The notes under the pieces are model-generated. The model made no database searches and was not told the origin of the DNA. It saw nothing but the letters and a program-made list of their open reading frames with translations. The position numbers were made by a program, and so were the translations under genes. A stretch of 58,670 nucleotides of DNA from an uncultured Ectothiorhodospiraceae bacterium (lineage in GTDB: Bacteria; Pseudomonadota; Gammaproteobacteria; UBA9214): contig CAMYJZ010000008.1 of assembly GCA_947258845.1 (NCBI GenBank), positions 1 to 58,670 of the forward strand, written 5' to 3'. Below, in pieces: positions 1 through 11,360 of this stretch (position 1 is its first letter; each line of letters opens with the position of its first letter).

Positions 1-673
1 TATTGAATTTTTGCCGTTTTTTACGAGAATCTTGGCCTTCCCCAAGGATTACAATCTCATCAATATTTCCGTGCTTGAATTGTGCTCTGTAGTCGATATT
101 TCCATCCTGGTTTAGATCAGACTCTTGAGTCTGAGTTAATCCATCTGAAAATTTAAATACTGATTCAAAGATTCCATCAAAATTATCATCCTGCTTTGAT
201 TCCTTCAGTATCCCCTTGCGATCGAAGTCATAAATAATGTCTACGTTTCCATCAAAGTTCCTATCAACTTCAGTCCTACTTATTCGATGATTTATATATA
301 TCCATTTTTCATCAAATACACCGTCACCATTCATATCTATACCGTCTTCAGTAACTGGTGAGTTATACGCCCAGTAAATCAAACCTCCGCCGATTACTGC
401 ACCTATCAGAAATATGGAAACCCCATTAGATGATCTATTTTTAGCCCTTTCTTCTATTTCTTTTTCAATGGCCTCCCAATTCTTGATTATTTGGGTAGCC
501 CTTTCACAATCTGCTTCATCCACCATTACCCGAACAAGGTTTATTGCCTGTAACTCACCAACTCCGCCTGGTAAATATTCGCCATCTACCCTCCCTTCAA
601 TTCCCTCCTGCATCAAGAGGTTCAGAATCATATGGGCATCTAGAGAGGTTGAGGCTTCGTATACACTTTTCAT
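1..673 (-). CDS. Cassette ORF (partial, 3' end off window): DUF2007-like N-terminal domain, one TM helix, repeated DxNxDG calcium-loop-like motifs
   Basis: Own translation from the ATG (complement of 671-673): MKSVYEASTSLDAHMILNLLMQEGIEGRVDGEYL... It continues with the hydrophobic segment GVSIFLIGAVIGGGLIYWAY and the repeats DMNGDGVFD, DRNFDGNVD, DDNFDGIFE, DLNQDGNID. The frame stays open to position 1, so it is absent from the ORF track. The region is AT-rich. Confidence 0.6.
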   Translation of the reverse strand, partial: MKSVYEASTSLDAHMILNLLMQEGIEGRVDGEYLPGGVGELQAINLVRVMVDEADCERATQIIKNWEAIEKEIEERAKNRSSNGVSIFLIGAVIGGGLIYWAYNSPVTEDGIDMNGDGVFDEKWIYINHRISRTEVDRNFDGNVDIIYDFDRKGILKESKQDDNFDGIFESVFKFSDGLTQTQESDLNQDGNIDYRAQFKHGNIDEIVILGEGQDSRKKRQKFN

Positions 674-678
674 AAGAA

Positions 679-762
679 ATCAAACTTTCGCGGTAACGAG
701 CTGGCCTGTAGCAGAGCGAAGCGCCACGGAAGGCCAGTTCCTGTTGACCGCGGTTGTTAGCC
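679..762 (-). repeat. attC-like recombination site between two integron cassettes
   Basis: Minus-strand reading starts right after the VOC stop: GGCTAAC-AAC-CGCGGT-CAACAGGAACTGGCCT ... AGGCCAGCTCGTT-ACCGCG-AAA-GTTTGAT. This is an imperfect inverted repeat with an R''-type box ending in AAC and an R'-type box starting with GTT. It lies 6 nt before the next ORF's ATG. Confidence 0.55.
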
Positions 763-767
763 AGTGT

Positions 768-1133
768 CTATTTTGCGTTGGGATCATTTTGCATAATCCC
801 AAATGTGTTTCCTTCTGTATCTTTTAAATAAGCTGCATATCCAACTCCGGGAATGGACATTTTCGGTTGAGTAATCTTACCCCCTGCCTTTTCAATCTTT
901 TCTGTATAGTCATCAACATCTGGAACATCAATTGTGTTAACGGTATTTTCTGTAGATTGTTCCCTCCGCATAATTCCACCATCTATCCCAGGTTCTTCTT
1001 CTCCTGTTGTGACTAGCCAATATTCAATAGGGCCTTCCCATTTGTTGATTTTCCACCCAAAAACCTCTTCGTAAAATGATATGGCCCTTTCAGGCTCTGT
1101 TGCACTTATTTCAAAATGAACAACTCTCGGCAT
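768..1133 (-). CDS. VOC family (glyoxalase/bleomycin-resistance fold) protein, integron cassette ORF
   Basis: 121 aa: MPRVVHFEISATEPERAISFYEEVFGWK...GIDGGIMRR...GGKITQPKMSIPGVGYAAYLKDTEGNTFGIMQ, typical of single-domain VOC proteins. AAGGA RBS upstream. AT-rich. Confidence 0.88.
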   Translation of the reverse strand: MPRVVHFEISATEPERAISFYEEVFGWKINKWEGPIEYWLVTTGEEEPGIDGGIMRREQSTENTVNTIDVPDVDDYTEKIEKAGGKITQPKMSIPGVGYAAYLKDTEGNTFGIMQNDPNAK

Positions 1134-1375
1134 GACAGATCCTTTTTTCTTATCTGGCTAACTACCATTAGGCGAACGAGGTGTCGCCGGTAAAGCGTAT
1201 CTGGTTTCGCCTATCATCCCGTCACTCTCCATTTAATCATTCGCTTATATCCGAATTGGTGTGATATGTGGATCTAAATATCAGCCAAAAGCGTACTTAC
1301 TTTTACACTTCTTTCCTACAGCATATCCCAACAAGTATCAATAAGCTGCTCACAGATTACCTCGTGGGCGCATCT

Positions 1376-2356
1376 ATGAACAAGCCAAGACTACTCGAGC
1401 AGGTGCACCTGTCAATAAGACGAAAGCATTACAGCCATCGTACAGAGCAGGCCTGTATCTACTGGATCCGTTATTACATTCGCTTTCATAAAATGCGGCA
1501 TCCCGGCGAGATGCGCGAGGAGTAGGTGAAGCATTTTCTCAACCACCTTTCGAACAGCCGGAAGGTCTCAGCATCCACCCAGAACCAGGCACTCTGCGCC
1601 ATTCTTTATCTGTACCGTGAAGTGCTTGAATCGCCACTGGAACTCATCCAGGGTGTTGATCGCGCGCGGCGTTAGAAATACCTCCCTGTCGTCCTGAGTC
1701 GCAAGGAGATCGGTGTTGTCCTGGAAAACCTGGATGGCGTCTGTCACCTGCTGGCCTCGCTGCTTTATGGTACCGGGCTGCGGGTCAGCGAGGCACTTTA
1801 CCTGCGCGTCAATGATATTGATTTCGATTACGCCCGGATTACCGTGCGCCGGGGCAAGGGCGACAAGGACAGGGTCACACTGCTGCCCGAGTGTTTGCGC
1901 GAACCGTTAACACGGGATCTGGCCGCTGTCAGGGAGTTGCATGAACGGGATATCGATAACGGGTATGGCTTCACCTGGCTGCCGGGGGCCCTGCACAGGA
2001 AGTACCCCAACGCCGACCGGGAATGGATCTGGCAATACGTGTTTCCTTCAGCCTGCATTTCACCGGACTGCGATGACGGCGTACTGCGCCGCTTTCATAT
2101 TTCGCCCCGCACCATCCAGAAGGCCATGCGACGGGCCGTGCAGCTGGCCGGCATCAGCAAGCGGGCCGGCTGCCACACTCTGCGTCACAGTTTCGCCACC
2201 CACCTGCTCGAGAACGGCTACGATATCCGCACCGTGCAGGAACTGCTGGGTCACAAGGATGCAAAGACCACGCAGATCTACACCCATGTATTGAACCGTG
2301 GCGGTCGCGGGGTGCGCAGCCCGCTGGATGCGAATCAGGAAACAGGTGTCAGGTGA
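1376..2356 (+). pseudogene. intI: Integron integrase (IntI, tyrosine recombinase) inactivated by two in-frame TAG codons
   Basis: One frame runs from ATG 1376 to TGA 2356, interrupted by TAG at 1523-1525 and TAG at 1673-1675. Translation: MNKPRLLEQVHLSIRRKHYSHRTEQACIYWIRYYIRFH...HPGEMREE*VKHFL...[16 protein letters not shown]...[13 protein letters not shown]...GKGDKDR...[21 protein letters not shown]...[52 protein letters not shown]. The ALxRKYP...WxWQYVFP patch is the IntI-specific insertion. RHRY-type catalytic boxes are present. Confidence 0.85.
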
Positions 2357-2454
2357 AGCGGGTGCCGTAGTCCGCGTTCCGGAAATCTTGGTGACAATTG
2401 CTCTCTGAGCCGGATTTTACCCTTTAGCTATTATTTAGTTGTTGTATCGATTGT

Positions 2455-2506
2455 TTCCTCCGCGTCCTTTGCGTCTCTCGGCAACTGCGTCCTGCGTCGC
2501 TTAAAG
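2455..2506 (-). repeat. Copy of dispersed purine-rich repeat family (consensus about TTCACCGCARAGACGCARAGGACGCRGAGAAAA), reverse orientation, followed by a partial second unit
   Basis: The plus strand reads ttcctccgcgtcctttgcgtctctcggcaa ctgcgtcctgcgtcgc. Its reverse complement, TTGCCGAGAGACGCAAAGGACGCGGAGGAA, matches the copies at 8995, 44961, 45006, 45135, 45175 and 58635. Confidence 0.6.
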
Positions 2507-2565
2507 CGCCTACTTTTGGTGCTCTACCTGCTGCATCCATGCAGTCGTGCGGTGAATACATGGTG

Positions 2566-2952
2566 TCATCTGAAATCGTAGACCCGGATCCGTTCCACCA
2601 GCGGTTTCAGGGTCTCCTCAACCAGGGTCACGTGCAGGGGGTGGGTGAGGTAGGCCTGCAGGACCGCCTCGTTTTCCAGGGTGATGATCAGGGCGACGTC
2701 GAAGCTGCTGTCGACAATGGGACGGTCACTGGTCACGACGCGGCCGCTTTTGAGCGCGACTACACCCGGGATGGCGGTGAGTACCTCGCTGGCCTCGAGG
2801 ATGCGTTCGCGTGCCGCGCGGTTGCCGGGTTCCTTCAGCCAGACGATGACGATGTGTTCGAGCGTGCGGCTGTCACCGTTGGCAAACACCGGTGGCGCCG
2901 GCCACAGGGCCAGCAGCACCGCCAGTATCGTACCCGCCCTAGTCGATTTCAT
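2566..2952 (-). CDS. Dabb (stress-responsive alpha/beta-barrel) family protein with N-terminal signal peptide
   Basis: 128 aa. Signal-like MKSTRAGTILAVLLALWPAPPVFA, then HIVIVWLKEPGN...ALKSGRVV...FDVALIITLENEAVLQAYLTHPLH, the typical Dabb pattern. Confidence 0.75.
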   Translation of the reverse strand: MKSTRAGTILAVLLALWPAPPVFANGDSRTLEHIVIVWLKEPGNRAARERILEASEVLTAIPGVVALKSGRVVTSDRPIVDSSFDVALIITLENEAVLQAYLTHPLHVTLVEETLKPLVERIRVYDFR

Positions 2953-3469
2953 CCCTGACCGTCATGCGATGGTAAACGCTGTGGCCGCAGGCCGGGCAGT
3001 TGGGGATGTAGCCGGTGGCGTGGAAGCGAATGGTCTCGCCGCAGGAGTTGCACACCAGGGTGCCGGGGCCGGTGACCTCGCCGGCATTGTACGGGGGGCC
3101 TTCCTCGAGTTCCTTCTCGAAGCGCTTGATCTCCAGCTGGGTATGGTCTGCCACCCGGCTCAGGACGTCCATCAGCCGCTCCTCGATCAGGTGAATGTCG
3201 AAGCGCAGCCAGTCGCCCAGTTCATGGCCGGTCTCGGCCAGGTGTTTGCCGGCGTCCTCGAGATCGCGATGCAGGTAATAGGCGATCTTTTCTGCCTCCT
3301 CCACGGTGAGTTCCTCAAGTTCCACCGCGGTGTCGCGTGCATGTTCCACCATCCGTTTCAGTGGCGGCAGGGTGGCTTCCTCCGCTTCCTCGATGGCCGT
3401 CTTGACCCGGACCATCATGTCGTCATAGGCCCGCAGCCATTGCTCGCGTGTTGATTGCTCGTCTTTCAT
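2939..3469 (-). CDS. Zinc-ribbon-containing protein (DUF1451-like)
   Basis: 176 aa. Acidic helical N-terminal part and C-terminal CxxC...CxxC (LVCNSCGETIRFHATGYIPNCPACGH). Divergent from leuS. Confidence 0.7.
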   Translation of the reverse strand: MKDEQSTREQWLRAYDDMMVRVKTAIEEAEEATLPPLKRMVEHARDTAVELEELTVEEAEKIAYYLHRDLEDAGKHLAETGHELGDWLRFDIHLIEERLMDVLSRVADHTQLEIKRFEKELEEGPPYNAGEVTGPGTLVCNSCGETIRFHATGYIPNCPACGHSVYHRMTVRDEID

Positions 3470-3482
3470 GTCGGTTTCCTGA

Positions 3483-6065
<2,583 letters not shown>

Positions 6066-6066
6066 T

Positions 6067-6597
6067 ATGAACGGTGGGGTTTCATGTATCAAGACCCTTG
6101 CTCTGGCCCTGTTTGCCGCGGCCCTGCTGGTGATGGTCAGCGGTTGCGGATTCCACTTGCGCGGTGCAACGCCGCTGCCCGCGCAAATGGCCGTTACCTA
6201 CATCCAGGGAACAAGCCCCTTCGATCCACTCAACAACGAATTCCGCAGTGCCCTGGAAGGGCGCGGTGCACAGGTGACGGGGGAGCGTGAGGCAGCGGGT
6301 GCCATTCTGCGCATCTTCGAAAACCGGACCAGTACCGAGGTGCTCACGGTGGATTCGGCCGGCAAGGCCGAGGAATACGAGATCCGCCAGACCATCCGCT
6401 TCGATGTCATCAGCGCAGACCAGCAGGTGCTGGTGGCCGGGCAGACCCTGTCGATGAACCGCTACCTGCGCTATATCCGCACCAACGTGCTCGGGACGGA
6501 GCGCGAAGGCGAGCTGATCCGCAAGGAATTGCGGCGCAGCCTGGTCAACCTGGCCATGCTGCGGATCGCGGCAGCCGGCGGTCGGCGTGCAGATTAA
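6067..6597 (+). CDS. lptE: LPS-assembly lipoprotein LptE
   Basis: Lipobox LVMVSGCGFHLRG. Conserved position directly after leuS and before holA. The start could also be 6058. Confidence 0.85.
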   Translation: MNGGVSCIKTLALALFAAALLVMVSGCGFHLRGATPLPAQMAVTYIQGTSPFDPLNNEFRSALEGRGAQVTGEREAAGAILRIFENRTSTEVLTVDSAGKAEEYEIRQTIRFDVISADQQVLVAGQTLSMNRYLRYIRTNVLGTEREGELIRKELRRSLVNLAMLRIAAAGGRRAD

Positions 6598-7627
6598 GCC
6601 CGCAGAGCTCGCATCCCGACTGCGCGGCCAGCTCGCGCCGGTCTATTTCATCAGCGGCGACGAACCCCTGCGGGTCATGGAGGCGGCCGACGCGGTGCGG
6701 GCACGGGCGCGCGAGCAGGGATACGACGAACGCGAGGTGCTGACCGTACAGCCGGGCTTTGACTGGGGTGCCCTGGAATCGGCTGCCGGCAACCTGTCGC
6801 TGTTTTCACAGCGACGCATAATCGATCTGCGCCTGCCCACCGGCAAGCCGGGCGATGCCGGTTCGAAGGCCCTGCGCGCTTACGCGGAACAGCCGCCCGG
6901 GGAAACCCTGCTGCTGATTACGGCCGGCAAACTGGAACAGTCTGCGCGCCGCAGCAAGTGGGTCCAGGCACTGGACCGGGCCGGGGTCGTGGTCTTCGTG
7001 TGGCCACTGGATGCGCAGCAGTTTCCCGCCTGGGTGCGGGCGCGCATGCGCCAGCGCGGCCTGGAACCCACCACCGAGGCGGTGGCCCTGCTGGCCGAGC
7101 GGGTGGAGGGCAATCTGCTGGCCTGCGTGCAGGAAATCGACAAGCTCTACCTGTTGCAGGGCGAGGGGCCGGTCGATGCTACGGCGATTACCGCCATGGT
7201 GGCCGACAGTGCCCGCTTCGATGTCTTCACCCTGGTCGACGCGGCGCTGGGCGGTGACGGTGTGCGTTGCGCCCGCATCCTCCACGGCCTGCAGGGGGAG
7301 GGGGTGGCGGCCCCCATGGTGTTGTGGGCGCTGATCCGCGAAGTGCGTCAACTGGCCACCATGGCCGATGCAGTCGCCGGCGGCGAGGCCATTCCCGGGG
7401 TGCTGGCCCGGTTTCGTGTCTGGCAGGCGCGCAAGGCGGTCATCGGCCAGGCCCTGGGTCGCCTGTCCAGCGCGGCCTGCCGGGACCTGCTGCGCCGCGG
7501 TGCCCGGGTCGATCGGATCATCAAGGGGCGGGCCGCGGGAAACCCCTGGGATGAACTGTTACAATTATCCCTGCTGCTGGCGGGCGTAGCAGCCTTTCCG
7601 GCAACCCAGTTTCAACAACCGGCCTGA
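6587..7627 (+). CDS. holA: DNA polymerase III subunit delta
   Basis: 346 aa: [13 protein letters not shown]...[14 protein letters not shown]...[11 protein letters not shown]. leuS-lptE-holA synteny. GTG start overlaps the lptE end. Confidence 0.9.
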   Translation: MQIKPAELASRLRGQLAPVYFISGDEPLRVMEAADAVRARAREQGYDEREVLTVQPGFDWGALESAAGNLSLFSQRRIIDLRLPTGKPGDAGSKALRAYAEQPPGETLLLITAGKLEQSARRSKWVQALDRAGVVVFVWPLDAQQFPAWVRARMRQRGLEPTTEAVALLAERVEGNLLACVQEIDKLYLLQGEGPVDATAITAMVADSARFDVFTLVDAALGGDGVRCARILHGLQGEGVAAPMVLWALIREVRQLATMADAVAGGEAIPGVLARFRVWQARKAVIGQALGRLSSAACRDLLRRGARVDRIIKGRAAGNPWDELLQLSLLLAGVAAFPATQFQQPA

Positions 7628-7641
7628 ACGAGTCTGTTCCA

Positions 7642-8925
7642 ATGAGTGCAAAAGCGGAATCCGTGAACCAGGATCTGCCTGCCTACATGCAGGCGGTGGG
7701 CCGGCGCGCAGTTGCCGCGGCGCGGCATATCGGGCGCGCCGACACCGGCAGCAAGAATGCGGCACTGGCGGCGATTGCCGACGCCATCGAAGACGCGGCC
7801 AGGCACCTCAAGCAGGAGAATGCCACTGACCTGGCTGCTGGCCGCGAGCAGGGGCTGGATGCCGCCCTGCTCGATCGTCTGGAACTGAACGATGCCCGGA
7901 TTGCCGCCATGGCCGATGGCCTGCGCCAGATCGCGGCCCTGCCGGATCCGGTCGGCAGTATCTCTGACATGAACTACCGGCCCTCCGGTATCCAGGTGGG
8001 GCGCATGCGGGTGCCGCTGGGCGTCATCGGCATCATCTATGAATCACGCCCCAATGTGACCGCCGATGCCGCCGGCCTCTGCCTCAAGGCAGGCAACGCG
8101 GCCATCCTCAGGGGCGGTTCCGAGGCCATCCATTCCAACCAGGCGATTGCCGCCTGTATCCACGCGGGCCTGGCGAGCGCCGGCCTGCCCGTCGATGTGG
8201 TACAGGTGATCGAGACCACCGACCGGGCCGCCGTGGGTGAACTGGTGCGCATGGAAGGCTCGGTGGACGTCATTATTCCGCGCGGCGGCAAGGGTCTGAT
8301 CGAACGCATCAGCAAGGAGTCCCGGGTGCCGGTGATCAAGCACCTGCACGGTGTCTGCCATACCTATATCGACGGCATGGCGGACCCGGGTAAGGCGGTG
8401 CGGGTGGCGCTCAACGCCAAGACCCAGCGTTACGGGACCTGCAACACCATGGAGACCCTGCTGGTCGCGGCCGGGATCGCCGGCGAGGTGCTGCCGGAAC
8501 TGGGTGAACTGTATGCACAGGCGGGTGTCGAGTTGCGCGGCTGCGACGCCACGCGCCGGATTCTGCCGGCTATCAAGGCCGCCACCGAGGCGGACTGGGA
8601 GGCCGAATACCTGGCGCCGATTCTGGCCGTGCGCATCGTGGAGGATGTCGAGGCGGCCATGGACCATATCGCACGCTACGGCTCCAATCACACCGATGTC
8701 ATCATTACCGAGTCGTTGCCGCGTGCGCAGCGCTTCCTGCGCGAGGTCGATTCGAGCTCGGTCATGGTGAATGCATCAAGCCGCTTTGCCGACGGCTTCG
8801 AGTACGGGCTGGGTGCCGAGATCGGCATCAGCACCGACAAGTTGCATGCCCGCGGTCCGGTCGGCCTCGAGGGCCTCACGACCCTGAAATACATCGTCCT
8901 GGGTGATGGCCATATCCGTTCCTGA
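7642..8925 (+). CDS. proA: Glutamate-5-semialdehyde dehydrogenase (gamma-glutamyl phosphate reductase)
   Basis: 427 aa: [39 protein letters not shown]...CNTMETLLV...HTDVIITE. ProA signature regions. Confidence 0.95.
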   Translation: MSAKAESVNQDLPAYMQAVGRRAVAAARHIGRADTGSKNAALAAIADAIEDAARHLKQENATDLAAGREQGLDAALLDRLELNDARIAAMADGLRQIAALPDPVGSISDMNYRPSGIQVGRMRVPLGVIGIIYESRPNVTADAAGLCLKAGNAAILRGGSEAIHSNQAIAACIHAGLASAGLPVDVVQVIETTDRAAVGELVRMEGSVDVIIPRGGKGLIERISKESRVPVIKHLHGVCHTYIDGMADPGKAVRVALNAKTQRYGTCNTMETLLVAAGIAGEVLPELGELYAQAGVELRGCDATRRILPAIKAATEADWEAEYLAPILAVRIVEDVEAAMDHIARYGSNHTDVIITESLPRAQRFLREVDSSSVMVNASSRFADGFEYGLGAEIGISTDKLHARGPVGLEGLTTLKYIVLGDGHIRS

Positions 8926-8994
8926 ACAGGGATCTCCACCACAAAGCCCGTATTTCAGTGGCGCTGCCTGTTACAGGGGATGTGTCAAATCAGT

Positions 8995-9032
8995 TTTCTA
9001 TCTCTGCGTCCTGTGCGTCTTTGCGGTAGAAT
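8995..9032 (-). repeat. Copy of dispersed purine-rich repeat family, reverse orientation
   Basis: The reverse complement reads TTCTACCGCAAAGACGCACAGGACGCAGAGATAGAAAA. It lies about 70 nt after the proA stop. Confidence 0.6.
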
Positions 9033-9120
9033 TGCCAGGCAAACAGGCAAAGAATTGTTCACGCACATTGTATAAATTCGTATCAGATCTCCAGGGCTTT
9101 ACGCCTCAGCTCGTGACTTC

Positions 9121-9756
9121 ATGATCGGTATTCTCGGCGGGACTTTCGACCCGGTCCATCTTGGTCACCTGCGCACTGCGCTCGATGTCTGCGAGGCACT
9201 GGCGTTCGATGAGGTCCGCCTGATCCCCTGTCACCTGCCCCCGCACCGGGGCCGGCCGGTTGCCTCTTCGGCACAGCGGGTGAAGATGCTCGAGGCGGCG
9301 GTGCGGGATTATCCTGCCTTCGTCGTCGACCAGCGCGAACTGGGAAGGGAAGGCCCGTCCTACAGCTTCGACACCCTGACCTCGCTGCGTGCCGAACCGG
9401 GTGCGCAGGGGATCTGCCTGCTGATGGGCATGGATGCCTTCCGCGACCTGACGTCCTGGCACCGCTGGCGCGAGCTGATCGAGTTGTGCCACCTGGTCGT
9501 CATGACGCGTCCGGGCGCGGAGATACCGGCACAGGGTGAACTGGCGGATTTCATCATGGAGCACAAGGTGACGGGTGCCGGTGCCCTGCGGCAACAGGCC
9601 GCCGGTTGCCTGCTGTTTCAACCGGTCACCCGGCTGGAGATTTCCGCGACCGATATCCGCAGCCGCCTGGCCGAGGGGCGCAGCGCGGGGTTCCTGGTGC
9701 CGGAAGCCGTGCGCAAGATCATCAACAAAGAGGGCCTCTACCGGGGCAGACAATGA
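9121..9756 (+). CDS. nadD: Nicotinate-nucleotide adenylyltransferase
   Basis: MIGILGGTFDPVHLGHL... (HxGH motif), 211 aa. nadD-rsfS-rlmH synteny. Confidence 0.93.
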   Translation: MIGILGGTFDPVHLGHLRTALDVCEALAFDEVRLIPCHLPPHRGRPVASSAQRVKMLEAAVRDYPAFVVDQRELGREGPSYSFDTLTSLRAEPGAQGICLLMGMDAFRDLTSWHRWRELIELCHLVVMTRPGAEIPAQGELADFIMEHKVTGAGALRQQAAGCLLFQPVTRLEISATDIRSRLAEGRSAGFLVPEAVRKIINKEGLYRGRQ

Positions 9757-9759
9757 ACC

Positions 9760-10146
9760 GTGAAGACTGACAAGAGCAAGCGAACAAGTGATCACACCGG
9801 GCTGCAGGGAGGGGAACTGCTGGCCCTGGTCATGGACGCACTGGAGGATATCAAGGGCGTTGACATCAAGGTCATCGATGTCAGTGAACTGACGTCCATT
9901 ACCGACAGAATGGTGGTCGTCAGCGGCACCTCGACACGTCATGTGAAGGCGCTGGCGGACAACGTGGCGCTGAAGGCCAAGCAGGCCGGTAGCCCGGCAC
10001 TGGGTATAGAGGGGGAGCAGGCGGCCGAGTGGATACTGATCGACCTCGGCGACGTGGTGGTCCACGTGATGCTGCCCGTGGTCAGGGAGTTCTATGCACT
10101 GGAGAAACTCTGGTCTGTCGGCGGCCGCGTCGAGGAGGCAAACTGA
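9760..10146 (+). CDS. rsfS: Ribosome silencing factor RsfS
   Basis: 128 aa: ALEDIKGVDIKVIDVSELTSITDRMVVVSGTSTRHVKALADNV...WILIDLGDVVVHVM...REFYALEKLW. GTG start. Confidence 0.9.
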   Translation: MKTDKSKRTSDHTGLQGGELLALVMDALEDIKGVDIKVIDVSELTSITDRMVVVSGTSTRHVKALADNVALKAKQAGSPALGIEGEQAAEWILIDLGDVVVHVMLPVVREFYALEKLWSVGGRVEEAN

Positions 10147-10195
10147 GCGGCGTGCCTGTCTTCCTCCTGGAGGCTGACGTCTGCTGGTAGCGCCG

Positions 10196-10666
10196 ATGCA
10201 TATTCACCTCATTGCAGTCGGTACCCGGATGCCGGCATGGATTACCGAAGGCTACCGGGAATACGCCCGGCGCCTGCCGCCTGAATGCAGCCTGCGGCTG
10301 GTCGAGATCCCCCCCTGCAAGCGCCGCAAGACGCTGTCCACCGAACGTATCCGTGAGGCAGAGGGGCGCCAGCTGCTGGCCGCCATTCCCGAACAGTCAC
10401 TGGTCATTGCCCTGGACGTCAGCGGCAAGCCCTGGAGCACGCAGGGGCTGGCCGAACGCTTGCAGGACTGGCTGCAGGGCGGCCGTGATATCGCGCTGCT
10501 GGTGGGCGGTGCGGACGGCCTGTCGGCTGCCTGCCTGGCGCGTGCAGACCTGCACTGGTCATTATCTGCCCACACTCTGCCACATGCGCTGGTGCGGGTG
10601 GTGATCGCCGAACAGATCTACCGGGCCTGGAGCCTGCTAAGCGGCCATCCCTACCACCGCGCCTGA
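10196..10666 (+). CDS. rlmH: 23S rRNA (pseudouridine1915-N3)-methyltransferase RlmH
   Basis: 156 aa SPOUT protein: MHIHLIAVGTRMPAWITEGYREYARR...LLVGGADGL...LSLSAHTLPHALVRVVIAEQIYRAWS. Confidence 0.93.
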   Translation: MHIHLIAVGTRMPAWITEGYREYARRLPPECSLRLVEIPPCKRRKTLSTERIREAEGRQLLAAIPEQSLVIALDVSGKPWSTQGLAERLQDWLQGGRDIALLVGGADGLSAACLARADLHWSLSAHTLPHALVRVVIAEQIYRAWSLLSGHPYHRA

Positions 10667-10739
10667 GCGGCGCCTCTGTTGTCCTGTCAAATAAACCATC
10701 TATTCAACCTGTTACAGGTTGTTGTTAAGATAGGTTCAT

Positions 10740-11324
10740 ATGGACTCCTCGACTGATCTCTATCTCGCCTCGTCTTCGCCACGGCGCCGGGAACTTCTGC
10801 TGCAGCTGGGCATCCGCTACACCTTGCTGCCCATCGAGATCGACGAGGCGCAATGGCCCGGCGAGGGTGCAGACGACTACGTACGGCGCCTTGCCCTGGA
10901 CAAGGCGCGGGCCGGCTGGGCCTCACTGAGGGATGCGGCTGCCCGCCCGGTGCTGGGTGCCGATACCGCGGTTATCGCCGATGGCGAAATCATGGGCAAA
11001 CCGCGGGACCGGATTCACGGCCTGGATATGCTGCGGCGCCTGTCCGGCAGAAGCCACCAGGTCCTGAGTGCCGTGGCACTGGTCGATCGCCGGGAAGCGG
11101 TCCGTATCAGTCGCAGTTCCGTGACCTTCTGCAGTCTGAGTGCGGCTGATCGCGAGGCCTACTGGGCCAGCGGCGAGCCGCGTGACAAGGCCGGCGGGTA
11201 TGCCATCCAGGGCCTGGCCGCCATGTTCATCACCCGCCTCGAGGGCAGTTATTCCGGGGTTATGGGTCTGCCCTTGTATGAAACTGCGGAATTACTGCAG
11301 GAATTTGGTATCAATGTTCTGTAA
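10740..11324 (+). CDS. maf: Maf-like nucleoside triphosphate pyrophosphatase (septum formation protein Maf)
   Basis: 194 aa: [19 protein letters not shown]...GADTAV...GKP...[10 protein letters not shown]. Directly upstream of rng, as in many gammaproteobacteria. Confidence 0.9.
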   Translation: MDSSTDLYLASSSPRRRELLLQLGIRYTLLPIEIDEAQWPGEGADDYVRRLALDKARAGWASLRDAAARPVLGADTAVIADGEIMGKPRDRIHGLDMLRRLSGRSHQVLSAVALVDRREAVRISRSSVTFCSLSAADREAYWASGEPRDKAGGYAIQGLAAMFITRLEGSYSGVMGLPLYETAELLQEFGINVL

Positions 11325-11360
11325 GGTGTCAGCAAGGACGGTTCGAGAAAAGCAAATCGG

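Larger units (their letters stand above)
1..2356. mobile_element. Chromosomal integron remnant: cassette array on the minus strand, attI-side junction, and an inactivated intI on the plus strand
   Basis: intI-like pseudogene on the plus strand lies divergent from two AT-rich minus-strand ORFs. These ORFs are separated by an 84-bp imperfect palindrome with AAC/GTT core boxes. GTTAGCC (minus-strand reading of 1156-1162) upstream of the first cassette is the exact complement of the GGCTAAC box at the start of the attC. Confidence 0.6.

Noticed and set aside
414-827. 137-aa plus-strand ORF in the cassette region
   Set aside because: It is antisense to the DUF2007-like cassette ORF and runs through the attC into the VOC gene. 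It has low-complexity, non-protein-like sequence and no family signal.
9106-10065. 319-aa minus-strand ORF
   Set aside because: It is antisense to nadD and rsfS. GC-rich artefact.
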